Below, piece by piece: positions 43,950 through 52,545 of a stretch of DNA of 64,000 nt (positions are counted from its first letter, which is position 1; each line of letters begins with the position of its first letter). Source of the stretch: Actinomycetota bacterium. Lineage in GTDB: Bacteria > Actinomycetota > Acidimicrobiia > Acidimicrobiales > VFJN01. The notes under the pieces were generated by a model that made no database searches, was not told the origin of the DNA, and was given only the letters and a program-made list of their open reading frames with translations. The position numbers and the translations under genes are program-made. The stretch spans positions 3,251 to 67,250 of the forward strand of contig VFJN01000053.1 in NCBI GenBank assembly GCA_009886035.1, written 5' to 3'.

Positions 43950-45164
43950 TTACGAGGTGATGCCGTAGCGCTCCAGACCAAACGCCCGGATGGCGTTTCC
44001 GCGGAGAAACTTCCAGGTTTCCTCCTCCGAGAGCCCGGCCTGGGCACAGATGCTCTGAGCCACCTTTTTGGAGTGCGGGAAGGTGCTGTCGGCGTGGGGG
44101 TAGTCGGTCTCGAAGCAGATCTGGTCCATGCCGATGATGTCGCGGTTCTTGAGGCCGATCTCGTCGTCGAAGACACACCCGTAGATGCGGTGGTGGAGGT
44201 AGCTCGATGGCTTATGAGGGAGGCTGGTCCCGAAGGAGTTGTCGCCCCGTTCGGCCCAGAGCTTGTCGGCCCGCTCAAGGACATAGGGCATCCAACCAAC
44301 CTGACCCTCCGAGTAGGCGATCACGAGAGTGGGGAAGCGCTCCATCGTGCCCGAGAAGATGTAGTCGAGCATTGAGCCCATGGCGTTGGAGAAGGTGAGG
44401 GTGGAGCTCACGATGAAGGGCGCATCGGGCGACGTAGCCGGCATACGCGACGAAGAGCCGATGTGCATGCACACCACGGTTCCGGTGTCCTGGCAGGCCT
44501 GAAAGAACGGGTCCCAGTGGCGGCCCTTGTCGTGCACCGATGGCAGGCCGAGGGGATAAGGGTTTTCCGAGAAGGTCACCGCGAAGCAACCGCGCGCCGC
44601 GTTGCGCCGCACTTCGGCCGCCGCCAGGTGCGGGTCCCACAGCGGCACCATGCCGAGCGGAATCAGGCGCCCCTGGCCATCCCCGGCACACCATTCGTCG
44701 ATCATCCAGTCGTTATAGGCCTGGACACAGAGCAGGGCCAGGTCTTTGTCCTCCCGCTCAAAGAAGGTCTGGCCACAGAACCGCGGGAGCGTGTTGGGGA
44801 AGCAGAGGGAGGCCTCAACGTGGTTGGCGGTCATGTCGATGAGCCGGTCCTTTTGGATCCAGCAGCCGGGACGGATCTGGTCGTAGGTAACCGGGGTGAC
44901 GTCGATGTCTTCGAAGTCCAAGGCGGCGCTGAGTTTCGGCAGCGGATAGATCAGGTCGTCGTAGATCCACCAATCGCAGGGCTCGCCCCCCGCCACGCCC
45001 TTCTCGTAGGAGAAGACACCGCCTTCGAAGGTGAAGGTGGCGGTATCCCGCTCCACCCGGGGGGCACGGTCGAGATACTTGGCGGGAAGACGGTCGGTCC
45101 AGAGGGTGGGCGGCTCCACCACGTGGTCGTCGACCGAGATGATGAGAGGGAGGTCTGCAGCCAT
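43950..45164 (-). CDS. amidohydrolase_2 family metal-dependent hydrolase (paralog of 33354..34580)
   Basis: 404 aa. ISVDDHVVEP, HVEASLCFPN, CMHIGSSSRMPATS and FETDYPHADSTFP. By-eye alignment to the paralog shows long identical blocks. Confidence 0.85.
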   Translation of the reverse strand: MAADLPLIISVDDHVVEPPTLWTDRLPAKYLDRAPRVERDTATFTFEGGVFSYEKGVAGGEPCDWWIYDDLIYPLPKLSAALDFEDIDVTPVTYDQIRPGCWIQKDRLIDMTANHVEASLCFPNTLPRFCGQTFFEREDKDLALLCVQAYNDWMIDEWCAGDGQGRLIPLGMVPLWDPHLAAAEVRRNAARGCFAVTFSENPYPLGLPSVHDKGRHWDPFFQACQDTGTVVCMHIGSSSRMPATSPDAPFIVSSTLTFSNAMGSMLDYIFSGTMERFPTLVIAYSEGQVGWMPYVLERADKLWAERGDNSFGTSLPHKPSSYLHHRIYGCVFDDEIGLKNRDIIGMDQICFETDYPHADSTFPHSKKVAQSICAQAGLSEEETWKFLRGNAIRAFGLERYGITS

Positions 45165-45187
45165 TCTCCGATCATAGAACCGCCAAA

Positions 45188-45201
45188 GAGAACCGGTTCT
45201 A
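45188..45201. promoter_or_regulatory. KstR-type palindromic operator candidate (GAGAACCGGTTCTA)
   Basis: AGAACCGGTTCT (45189-45200) is a perfect 12-bp palindrome. It matches TnnAACnnGTTnnA at 13/14 positions. It lies 24 nt upstream of ATG 45164, and an extra half-site GTTCTA (rc of 45175-45180) overlaps a TATGAT -10 hexamer. Confidence 0.5.
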
Positions 45202-45618
45202 GTTGGCGGGGGCGCGGGGGATCAGGGCCCGTACGGTCCCCCGGAGGAACGACCAGACGACGTCGGCGAAATCGAAGCGGTCGCGCCACAACACGATGCG
45301 TCCGTCGCGCACCTCGAAGGTGCCACACACCCAGAAGGCAGCGGACACCGACCCGAAGGTCAACACGTCGGTTCGCTCAGTGAGCACGATCGGTCCGTTG
45401 GCGGCCACGTTGTGCCACTGCACCTCGAACCCTCGTCCGTAGCGGGCCAGCCAGCGGAGTTGCTTCGCCACCGCGGCCTGGCCGCGGGCGGGGGGCATCG
45501 GCACATTCTGGTAAACGATGGCGGGATCGAGGAACTCAAGAGCGGCATCAATGTCGAGGCGTTCGAGAGCGGCCAGGAACTGTTGCACGAGTTCAATTTC
45601 GGTTGAGGTGGTGGTCAT
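45199..45618 (-). CDS. limonene-1,2-epoxide hydrolase / SnoaL-like NTF2-fold protein
   Basis: 139 aa. The N-terminal VQQFLAALERLDIDAALEFLDPAIVYQNVPMPP and C-terminal FEVRDGRIVLWRDRFD pattern is typical of the LEH family. Confidence 0.75.
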   Translation of the reverse strand: MTTTSTEIELVQQFLAALERLDIDAALEFLDPAIVYQNVPMPPARGQAAVAKQLRWLARYGRGFEVQWHNVAANGPIVLTERTDVLTFGSVSAAFWVCGTFEVRDGRIVLWRDRFDFADVVWSFLRGTVRALIPRAPAN

Positions 45619-46208
45619 GGGTGGCTCCGCAACAGCTCCAGTAGGTCAGTGGGGTGGTCGAGGATGTGATCAGTGGGAAGGGCGCTGGCCCGAGCCCGGG
45701 GATTCCATCCCGCTAGTGCGAACCGCGCTCCGACGCGGGTTGCGCAGGCTCGGTCGTGGGAAGTGTCGCCGATGTAGAGCGTCTCAGCCGCGTTGAGTCC
45801 CATTTCGGCGAGCAACGGGGCCAATCGCTTCTCGGCCCCCCCGAAGTCGTCGGAGAACCAGGCCGCCTCCGGCGCCCAACCGAAACGGGCCAGTTCGCTC
45901 TGGCCGGAGGTTCGGTCCTTGTTGGATGCCAGCCCCCAGCGGGCGAGTCGGCCCAGGACGTCGGTGATGCCGGAAAAGGGAGCGGCGGCGGACCGGTCGT
46001 AGTGATCGAGGTATGCCTCCACGGTGATGCCAGCCTGTGCGCAGGCCTGGCCCAAGGGCAGACCGAGGGGGGGCACGGCGTGGGCGTCGAGGCCCAGGGC
46101 CAGGAACGGCGCGGTGAGGGCAGCATCAGAGTCCACCAACGTCCCGTCGAAATCGAAGAGGGGTGTAAGAGGCACCCCTGCATTGTGTCCGACCGGCGCC
46201 GTCTCCAC
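45615..46208 (-). CDS. HAD-superfamily hydrolase
   Basis: 197 aa from a GTG start. LFDFDGTLVDS (motif I) and YIGDTSHD (motif IV). ATGA overlap with the downstream LEH-like gene. Confidence 0.75.
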   Translation of the reverse strand: METAPVGHNAGVPLTPLFDFDGTLVDSDAALTAPFLALGLDAHAVPPLGLPLGQACAQAGITVEAYLDHYDRSAAAPFSGITDVLGRLARWGLASNKDRTSGQSELARFGWAPEAAWFSDDFGGAEKRLAPLLAEMGLNAAETLYIGDTSHDRACATRVGARFALAGWNPRARASALPTDHILDHPTDLLELLRSHP

Positions 46209-46263
46209 GAAGCCCGGTCGCTGGTCCGTTGGGTAAAGCCAGTCCGACCCCTACGATGAATGC

Positions 46264-46707
46264 ATGCCTGCTTCGCAAACCTTTATCGATGTTGTGACCA
46301 AGGGAATGAATGTGGTCCACAAGTCGGTGCTGAAGGTCAGTGGAGGTCGCCTCGGATGGGACGTGGGGGGCATGGCGGCGGTCGAGTTACACACCACGGG
46401 TCAGCGTTCCGGCCAGCGCCGCTCGGTGATGCTCACCGCACCGATCCTCGACGACGACCACGTCGTGTTGATCGCCTCGAAAGGTGGCGACGATCGCCAC
46501 CCCGACTGGTACCACAACCTCGTGGCCGATCCGAAGGTGGAAATAACGCGTCACGGGGAGACCACCAAGATGGTGGCGCGTACCGCTTCGGTCGAGGAGA
46601 AGGCTGAACTCTGGCCGACCATCGTGGCCGCCTACAAGGGCTACGCCGGCTATCAAAAGCGCACCGAGCGCGACATTCCTGTGGTGATTTGTCGGCCGCT
46701 GTCCTGA
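46264..46707 (+). CDS. deazaflavin (F420)-dependent nitroreductase-family oxidoreductase (DDN-like)
   Basis: 147 aa. LHTTGQRSGQRRSVML, ASKGGDDRHPDWYHNLVADP and WPTIVAAYKGYAGYQKRT. TACGAT hexamer 6 nt upstream of the ATG. Confidence 0.8.
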   Translation: MPASQTFIDVVTKGMNVVHKSVLKVSGGRLGWDVGGMAAVELHTTGQRSGQRRSVMLTAPILDDDHVVLIASKGGDDRHPDWYHNLVADPKVEITRHGETTKMVARTASVEEKAELWPTIVAAYKGYAGYQKRTERDIPVVICRPLS

Positions 46708-46717
46708 CGGGGGCGGA

Positions 46718-47272
46718 TCACTCAGCCAGCGCGTTGGCCACCGCCACGATAAGCGCGTCTACCTGGGCGGGGCTGGCCCCGGGGGGCACGATCACCAGTT
46801 CCAAATAACCGGCGTTGGCAACGATTGCGATGTGGGTGGCCCGGTCGGTGAACCGGACGGCCCGGTCGCCGGCCGCCACCTCCACCTCGGTGCCGCCGGG
46901 GCCGGCGCCCGCCTGGCGGATGGTGGTGGCGAGGTAGTCGAAGGCATCCTCGCCGCCGAGGGCGGCGGCGTCGATCGAGACGATCGACACGCTCGACTCG
47001 CTGCCACTAGCGGATTGGAAGGCGTAGGTGCACTCGGGGGTGTCGTCGCTATCGGATGCGGTGGCACCGGTGATTTCCAGTCCGAGACTGGCGGCCACCA
47101 TGGTTGGGGTTATCCGGTCGCACAGCGCGGCGCTGTCGATCACCGGAACCGTGGTGGGGGATACCGGCCGCTCGACGGTGATGGTGGCGGGGGGAGAGCC
47201 ACAGCCGACTACTGCGCCCAGGCTGAGGGACAGTGAAAGCAGGAGGGGCGCCCACGAGCGCATGACCAGCAT
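46718..47272 (-). CDS. lipoprotein (DUF3558-like, tentative)
   Basis: 184 aa from ATG 47272. Signal peptide plus lipobox MLVMRSWAPLLLSLSLSLGAVVGC, and two further Cys residues. TAGAGT hexamer 7 nt upstream. Confidence 0.65.
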   Translation of the reverse strand: MLVMRSWAPLLLSLSLSLGAVVGCGSPPATITVERPVSPTTVPVIDSAALCDRITPTMVAASLGLEITGATASDSDDTPECTYAFQSASGSESSVSIVSIDAAALGGEDAFDYLATTIRQAGAGPGGTEVEVAAGDRAVRFTDRATHIAIVANAGYLELVIVPPGASPAQVDALIVAVANALAE

Positions 47273-47363
47273 CGGGAATACTCTAGGGATCTCTCGTCCC
47301 TCGGCGAGGGCAACCGGAGCGGCTGCACCTGACACCCCAACCGGGAGCGTTCTAGGGTTAGGG

Positions 47364-48824
47364 ATGACAACACAGACGTTCAGGCTGCTCATCGATGGTG
47401 AGCGAGTGGCTGGCGACGGCGGGTCCTACGACATCATCAACCCCGCCACCGAGACGGTGGTGGGGCAGGCTCCCGAGGCTTCCCTGGCTCAGGTCACCGC
47501 CGCCGCGGAGGCTGCTGCCGCCGCGTTTCCGGCGTGGAGCCGCACGAAGCCCGAGGAGCGGTCAGCCCTGCTGAACAAGGCGGCCGACCTGTTGCGCGAG
47601 CGGATGGATGAGCTGATTCCGTTGGTCCAGGCGGAAACGGGGGCTACCCAACGCGTGGCGGCCACGATGCAGGTACCTACCTGTATCGAGCGTTTTCGCC
47701 GTTACGCCCGCGGTGCGATGGAGCCCACCACCACGGCGTTGCCGCCCGGCGAGATGCCGGCCACCGCGCTAGCGGCTGGTGGGCTGATGAGCGCGATCGC
47801 GGTGCGCCAACCGGTGGGGGTGGTGGCGTGCATCACTCCGTACAACTTCCCGCTCGTGAACATGGCCGGCAAGATCGGCCCGGCCTTGGCGATGGGGAAC
47901 ACCGTGATTGTGAAACCCGCACCCCAGGATCCGTTGGCGATCACGGTGTTTGGTGAGATTCTTGATGACGCCGGTTTCCCGCCGGGAGTGGTGAACGTTG
48001 TCACCGGTTCCGGCGCGGCAGCCGGGCAAGCACTGGTGGCCTCGGACCACGTCGACATGGTGAGTTTCACCGGCTCCACCCCGGTGGGTCAGGCGATCGG
48101 GGAAGTGGCGGGCCGGGGCATGAAGCGCCTCCTGCTTGAACTCGGTGGCAAGGGGGCCGGCATCGTGTTCGACGACGCCGACCTCAAGACCGCCATCGGT
48201 ACGATCGCCAGCGTGTGGGCCTTCCACAGTGGGCAGATCTGCACGGCCCCCACGCGAGTCATTGCGCAGCGGGGGGTATACGACCAGGTAGTGGCGGGCC
48301 TGGCGGCGGCCGCCAGTCGGCTCACGGTGGGCGATCCGTTGGCTCACGACACCGTGGTGGGCCCGCTGATCTCGGCGGTGCAGCGAGACCGGGTGGAGGC
48401 ACTCATTCACAAGGGTGTGGAGCAGGGTGGCGAACTCATCGCCGGTGGCCAACGCCCCGATTTCGAAACCGGTTTCTATGTGGCGCCCACCCTCATCGCC
48501 GGGTGTCGGCCGAACAATGCCGCCGTGTTGCAGGAGTTCTTCGGCCCGGTGGTGGTGGTGGTTCCCTTCGACGATGAGGACGAAGCGGTGGCGATTGCCA
48601 ACGGCACCGAGTTTGGCTTGTACGACTACGTGTTCTCCGCCGACACCACCCGTGCCCTGCGGGTGGCCAAGCAACTCCGCACCGGCAACGTGGGATTGAA
48701 CACGGCTCAGCGGAATCATGAGGCGCCCTTTGGCGGCTTCAAGATGAGCGGGGTCGGTCGCGATGGCGGCAGCTTTGGCCTGCAGGCCTACAGCGAACTG
48801 CAGTCCATCGTCTGGCCCGGGTAG
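47364..48824 (+). CDS. NAD(P)-dependent aldehyde dehydrogenase
   Basis: 486 aa from ATG 47364. FTGSTPVGQ, LELGGKGAGIVF (catalytic Glu), SGQICTAPTR (catalytic Cys) and EAPFGGFKMSG. Confidence 0.9.
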   Translation: MTTQTFRLLIDGERVAGDGGSYDIINPATETVVGQAPEASLAQVTAAAEAAAAAFPAWSRTKPEERSALLNKAADLLRERMDELIPLVQAETGATQRVAATMQVPTCIERFRRYARGAMEPTTTALPPGEMPATALAAGGLMSAIAVRQPVGVVACITPYNFPLVNMAGKIGPALAMGNTVIVKPAPQDPLAITVFGEILDDAGFPPGVVNVVTGSGAAAGQALVASDHVDMVSFTGSTPVGQAIGEVAGRGMKRLLLELGGKGAGIVFDDADLKTAIGTIASVWAFHSGQICTAPTRVIAQRGVYDQVVAGLAAAASRLTVGDPLAHDTVVGPLISAVQRDRVEALIHKGVEQGGELIAGGQRPDFETGFYVAPTLIAGCRPNNAAVLQEFFGPVVVVVPFDDEDEAVAIANGTEFGLYDYVFSADTTRALRVAKQLRTGNVGLNTAQRNHEAPFGGFKMSGVGRDGGSFGLQAYSELQSIVWPG

Positions 48825-48831
48825 CGCCGAT

Positions 48832-48845
48832 GCCCCCCCGGGGGC
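48832..48845 (+). terminator. GC-only hairpin (GCCCCCCCGGGGGC) 8 nt after the aldehyde dehydrogenase stop; U-tract-less terminator candidate
   Basis: A C7/G5 palindrome is seen in the sequence, immediately upstream of the next promoter/operator. Confidence 0.3.
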
Positions 48846-48865
48846 GTTCCGGACTGACGCAGCAC

Positions 48866-48879
48866 TAGAACGTGTTCTA
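48866..48879. promoter_or_regulatory. KstR-type palindromic operator candidate (TAGAACGTGTTCTA)
   Basis: CTAGAAC-GT-GTTCTAG (48865-48880) is a perfect 7+7 inverted repeat. The core satisfies every constrained position of TnnAACnnGTTnnA. It overlaps TAGTCT (48878-48883), which ends 6 nt before ATG 48890. Confidence 0.55.
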
Positions 48880-48889
48880 GTCTGCCACC

Positions 48890-50623
48890 ATGGCGTCTTT
48901 TGACCTGGTGATTACCAACGGGACCGTGGTGGATGGAACGGGGTTGCCGCGTCGCCGCGCCGACGTTGGTATCAAAGACGGGCGCATCGCCGCCGTCGGG
49001 TTCATCGCGGCCACCGAGGGTGATCGTGTGATCGATGCCACCGGGCGGGTGGTGGCCCCTGGCATCATCGATCCCCACACGCACTACGACCCACAACTCA
49101 CCTTCGAGCCCTACGGCACGTCGAGTTGTTACCACGGTGTCACCACGGTGGTAACGGGCAACTGCGGCTTTTCGGTGGCCCCCCTCAAGCCCGGTGATGG
49201 GCCCTGGCTGATCCAGTTGTTTGCACGGGTTGAGGGTATGGATGCCAGTGCGCTCGAGGGCATCCCGGTAGACACCTTCGAGAGTTTCCCCGAGTTTCTC
49301 CAGGCGATGCGCGGGAAGATTGGGATCAATGCGGCGTTCTACATCGGCCACTGCGCCCTGCGCCGCTATGTGATGGGGGAGGCCGCTCAGGAGCGGGCCG
49401 CCACCCCCGAGGAGATCGAGCACATGGCCCAGATCGTGCGAGAGGCGATGGCGGCGGGGGCGGCCGGATTTAGCTCCACGCACTCGCCTACCCACTTCGA
49501 TTCGGCCGACCGCCCCGTGCCTTCCCGGCTCTCCAGTTTTGATGAGTTGCGCACATTGGCGGCGGCGACGGGGCGCTCGGGGAGTGGCTCGATCGCCTAT
49601 CTTCCGGGCTCGGCGGTGGGGGGTATCACCGCCGACGATGAGGAACTTCTCATCGAACTGTCGCTGCTATCGCGCATGCCGGTGATCATTCAGGGGCTCG
49701 GGGCGCGCTCCAAGGTGGATGCGCCCACGGCCGGATGGGACAACGCCAAGCGCTTCGTCGACGAAGCCACCAGTCGGGGGGCGGCGGTGTATTCGATGGC
49801 GATGTCGAAGCCGTTCAACCGAACCTTCGACCTGGTCACCGGCACGAAACTCTATGAAGGCGCCCTCGCTCTCAATCGCCTCTTTACCGAGGCCACCACT
49901 GTGACCGAGCGCTTGGCTCTCATGGCTGACCCCGCCTTCCGGGCGGCGGCGCGCCATTCGGTGGATGATCCGAATCGTGATGCCGCCTTGGGCCCCACAT
50001 TGCCGCCGCCCGGGTGGGCCATGCTGCAGGTGAACAAGGTGACGACATCAGAAAACGAACACCTCCTCGGCCGTTCGCTGGTGGACATCGCCGCCGAGCG
50101 GGGGGTGCATCCCACCGATGCGTTCCTCGACATCGCAGCCTCGGAAAACCTGGCGGTGGAGTTCGTTTGGAAGACCGAAACGCCTGAGTGGATCGAGGGC
50201 ACCAAGATGGCTCAAGACGACCCCCACATGATCGTGGGTACCTCTGATGGGGGGGCCCACCTGGATCGTGACGACGGCGCCGAGGCCCACAGTTGGTTCC
50301 TCCAGTACTGGGTGCGCGAATGGGGTGGGTTCACCCTCGAAGAGGGAGTTCGCCAGATCACCGCGATCCCCGCTGCCCTGTGCGGCCTGAATGACCGCGG
50401 CCTCCTCCTTACCGGCTACGCCGCCGACATCATGATTTTCGACCCCGATACGGTTGGTCCCGATCAGAAAGTACTCGCCCATGACTTCCCGAACGGGGCC
50501 GCTCGCTGGACGTCAAAACCTCGGGGTGTGCACGCCACGATCGTCAACGGTGTGCCCATCGTGATCGACGGCGAATTGCAAAGCGATGCCGGTCTGCCCG
50601 GTCATGTTTTGAGCCCGACATGA
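48890..50623 (+). CDS. amidohydrolase_3 family, N-acyl-D-amino-acid deacylase (D-aminoacylase)-like
   Basis: 577 aa. The N-terminus FDLVITNGTVVDGTGLPRRRADVGIKDGRIAAVG...VAPGIIDPHTHYD is typical of the D-aminoacylase family. Confidence 0.85.
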   Translation: MASFDLVITNGTVVDGTGLPRRRADVGIKDGRIAAVGFIAATEGDRVIDATGRVVAPGIIDPHTHYDPQLTFEPYGTSSCYHGVTTVVTGNCGFSVAPLKPGDGPWLIQLFARVEGMDASALEGIPVDTFESFPEFLQAMRGKIGINAAFYIGHCALRRYVMGEAAQERAATPEEIEHMAQIVREAMAAGAAGFSSTHSPTHFDSADRPVPSRLSSFDELRTLAAATGRSGSGSIAYLPGSAVGGITADDEELLIELSLLSRMPVIIQGLGARSKVDAPTAGWDNAKRFVDEATSRGAAVYSMAMSKPFNRTFDLVTGTKLYEGALALNRLFTEATTVTERLALMADPAFRAAARHSVDDPNRDAALGPTLPPPGWAMLQVNKVTTSENEHLLGRSLVDIAAERGVHPTDAFLDIAASENLAVEFVWKTETPEWIEGTKMAQDDPHMIVGTSDGGAHLDRDDGAEAHSWFLQYWVREWGGFTLEEGVRQITAIPAALCGLNDRGLLLTGYAADIMIFDPDTVGPDQKVLAHDFPNGAARWTSKPRGVHATIVNGVPIVIDGELQSDAGLPGHVLSPT

Positions 50624-51699
50624 GAGGGCTCGTGTGGACGGGCGAGTTGGAGGTACGCGACGACGTCGAGGTGCGCGGCCCGCGCCCTCACGAGATCGTG
50701 GTGCGAATCGTCAACGCCGGCCTGTGCCACTCCGATGTGTCGGTCTTGAACGGCACCATCCCCTTCCCTACTCCGGTGGTGTTGGGGCATGAGGGTGCCG
50801 GGGTGGTGGAGGAGATCGGGTCGGCGGTGCGCAAGGTTCAGCTAGGTGACCATGTGGTGCTCACCACGCTCGGCAGTTGTGGTCTTTGCGACGCCTGCGA
50901 TCGCGGGCAACCCACGCGTTGTCGCGACACGATGGGCAAGTTGAGTCGTCCCTTTACCGTGGGCGGAGAAAAGGCGTTTCAGTTTGCCAACGCCGGCGTG
51001 TTCACCGAGCGCACCGTGGTGGCGGAGAGCCAAGCCGTGGTGATCCCCAAGGAGATGCCTCTTACCGCCGCCTGTCTTATTGGTTGTGCGGTTGTCACCG
51101 GGGCGGGGGCGGTGCTCAACCGAGCCAAGGTGCAACCAGGTCAGACGGTGGTCGTCATCGGGGCCGGTGGTATCGGACAGTCCGTGATCCAGGCCGCTCG
51201 CATTAGCGCGGCGGGGCGCATCGTGGTGATCGATGCCAATCCTGGCAAGGAAGCCGTGGCGCGACAGTTCGGAGCGACGGACTTCCTCGATGGTTCCACC
51301 CTCACCGGCGACGGCGAGTTGGTGCAGGCCGTGAAGGACCTCGGGTTGCCCAACGGGGTCGACCACGCCTTTGAGTGCGTGGGCCATCGGGCGCTCATCG
51401 GACAGGCCATCGACCTGCTGGATTGGGGCGGTCAGTGCATTCTGCTGGGTGTCCCCAAGGTGGGCACCGAAGCCAGTTTTGTGGTGAACACGCTCTACAA
51501 CGATAAGTCGATCATGGGGTGCCGCTACGGAAGCACTCGCCCCCATCACGACATTCCCATGTTCGTGAACTTTTATCTCGATGGACGGCTCCAACTCGAT
51601 GAGATGGTGAGCAAGGTGTATGACCTCGCCGACATCCAACAGGCGCTGAACGACATGCAGGCGGGGATACTGAATCGCGGGGTTCTTTCCCTCTCCTAG
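50620..51699 (+). CDS. zinc-dependent alcohol dehydrogenase (MDR family)
   Basis: 359 aa. CHSD, GHEGAGVVEEIG, the structural-Zn cluster CGLCDACDRGQPTRC and VIGAGGIGQ. ATGA overlap with the previous stop. Confidence 0.9.
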   Translation: MRGLVWTGELEVRDDVEVRGPRPHEIVVRIVNAGLCHSDVSVLNGTIPFPTPVVLGHEGAGVVEEIGSAVRKVQLGDHVVLTTLGSCGLCDACDRGQPTRCRDTMGKLSRPFTVGGEKAFQFANAGVFTERTVVAESQAVVIPKEMPLTAACLIGCAVVTGAGAVLNRAKVQPGQTVVVIGAGGIGQSVIQAARISAAGRIVVIDANPGKEAVARQFGATDFLDGSTLTGDGELVQAVKDLGLPNGVDHAFECVGHRALIGQAIDLLDWGGQCILLGVPKVGTEASFVVNTLYNDKSIMGCRYGSTRPHHDIPMFVNFYLDGRLQLDEMVSKVYDLADIQQALNDMQAGILNRGVLSLS

Positions 51700-51729
51700 G
51701 CCGGGATCAAGCGGCGCTGGTGAGGGTGG

Positions 51730-52416
51730 TCACGATGCCCACGTGGCGGGGGTAGCCCGCAGGCGAGCGAGGAGTTCCTCTTGGGAGTGAACCCCGACTT
51801 TGGCAAAGATGGCCGTGAGGTGGTTGCGCACCGTACTGGCGCTGATAAAGAGGTCTCGGGCGATTCCGGGCACACGCTCGCCGCGCAGGAGGCGTCGCAG
51901 CACTTCCCACTGTCGGGGCGAGAGTTCTTCGGATCCCGGCAGCAGGGTCACGTCGAGGCCCGCATCGGTGCGGACGTCGAGGCCGGCGGCTTCGAGTTCC
52001 TGGGCGATGCGGCGGAGGTGCTGTTCGAGGCGGGCGGCCCGAGGATCGTTATGGATGGAGTTGGAGCGGGTGATCACGAAGCCCAATTCCTCCGAGCGCT
52101 GCGCCATCGGTGCCAGCACCATCTGTACTTCAACCCACCGTCCGGGTCGGCCCAGACAGGTGGTGGTGGTTACGCCGACCCCATCGACGATGACTGTTTC
52201 GGGCAGGTTGATGAGGGCCTGGCGATCGCCATGGTGGGCATACTCCAGCAACGATGAACCAAGGAGTTGGGAGTTGGGGACACCGAGGAGGTCGCCCGCG
52301 TCGATACTGATTTGGCCTATCCGCCAATGACCGTCGACGATGCCGAAGACGACGCCAGCGGCATCGGACGTGGCGTCGCTGATCACGGTCGGGTTCATAG
52401 CCTTCATTAACGACAT
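51730..52416 (-). CDS. LuxR-family transcriptional regulator with N-terminal PAS-like sensory domain
   Basis: C-terminal HTH LSPRQWEVLRRLLRGERVPGIARDLFISASTVRNHLTAIFAKVGV. No receiver domain. The start is uncertain: ATG 52416 is chosen, and the track TTG start is at 52467. Confidence 0.75.
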   Translation of the reverse strand: MSLMKAMNPTVISDATSDAAGVVFGIVDGHWRIGQISIDAGDLLGVPNSQLLGSSLLEYAHHGDRQALINLPETVIVDGVGVTTTTCLGRPGRWVEVQMVLAPMAQRSEELGFVITRSNSIHNDPRAARLEQHLRRIAQELEAAGLDVRTDAGLDVTLLPGSEELSPRQWEVLRRLLRGERVPGIARDLFISASTVRNHLTAIFAKVGVHSQEELLARLRATPATWAS

Positions 52417-52545
52417 TGGCGGCGTGGATCTTGAGTTTCGAGCGCGTCTACCTCGTCGTCCGGGCAAATTTGGGCGGACCCGGTAGCCTAAAGGCGAACA
52501 AACCTTTCGCCGATCTGTGGGGGAGAGCGAACGAGGGGGTCATGG

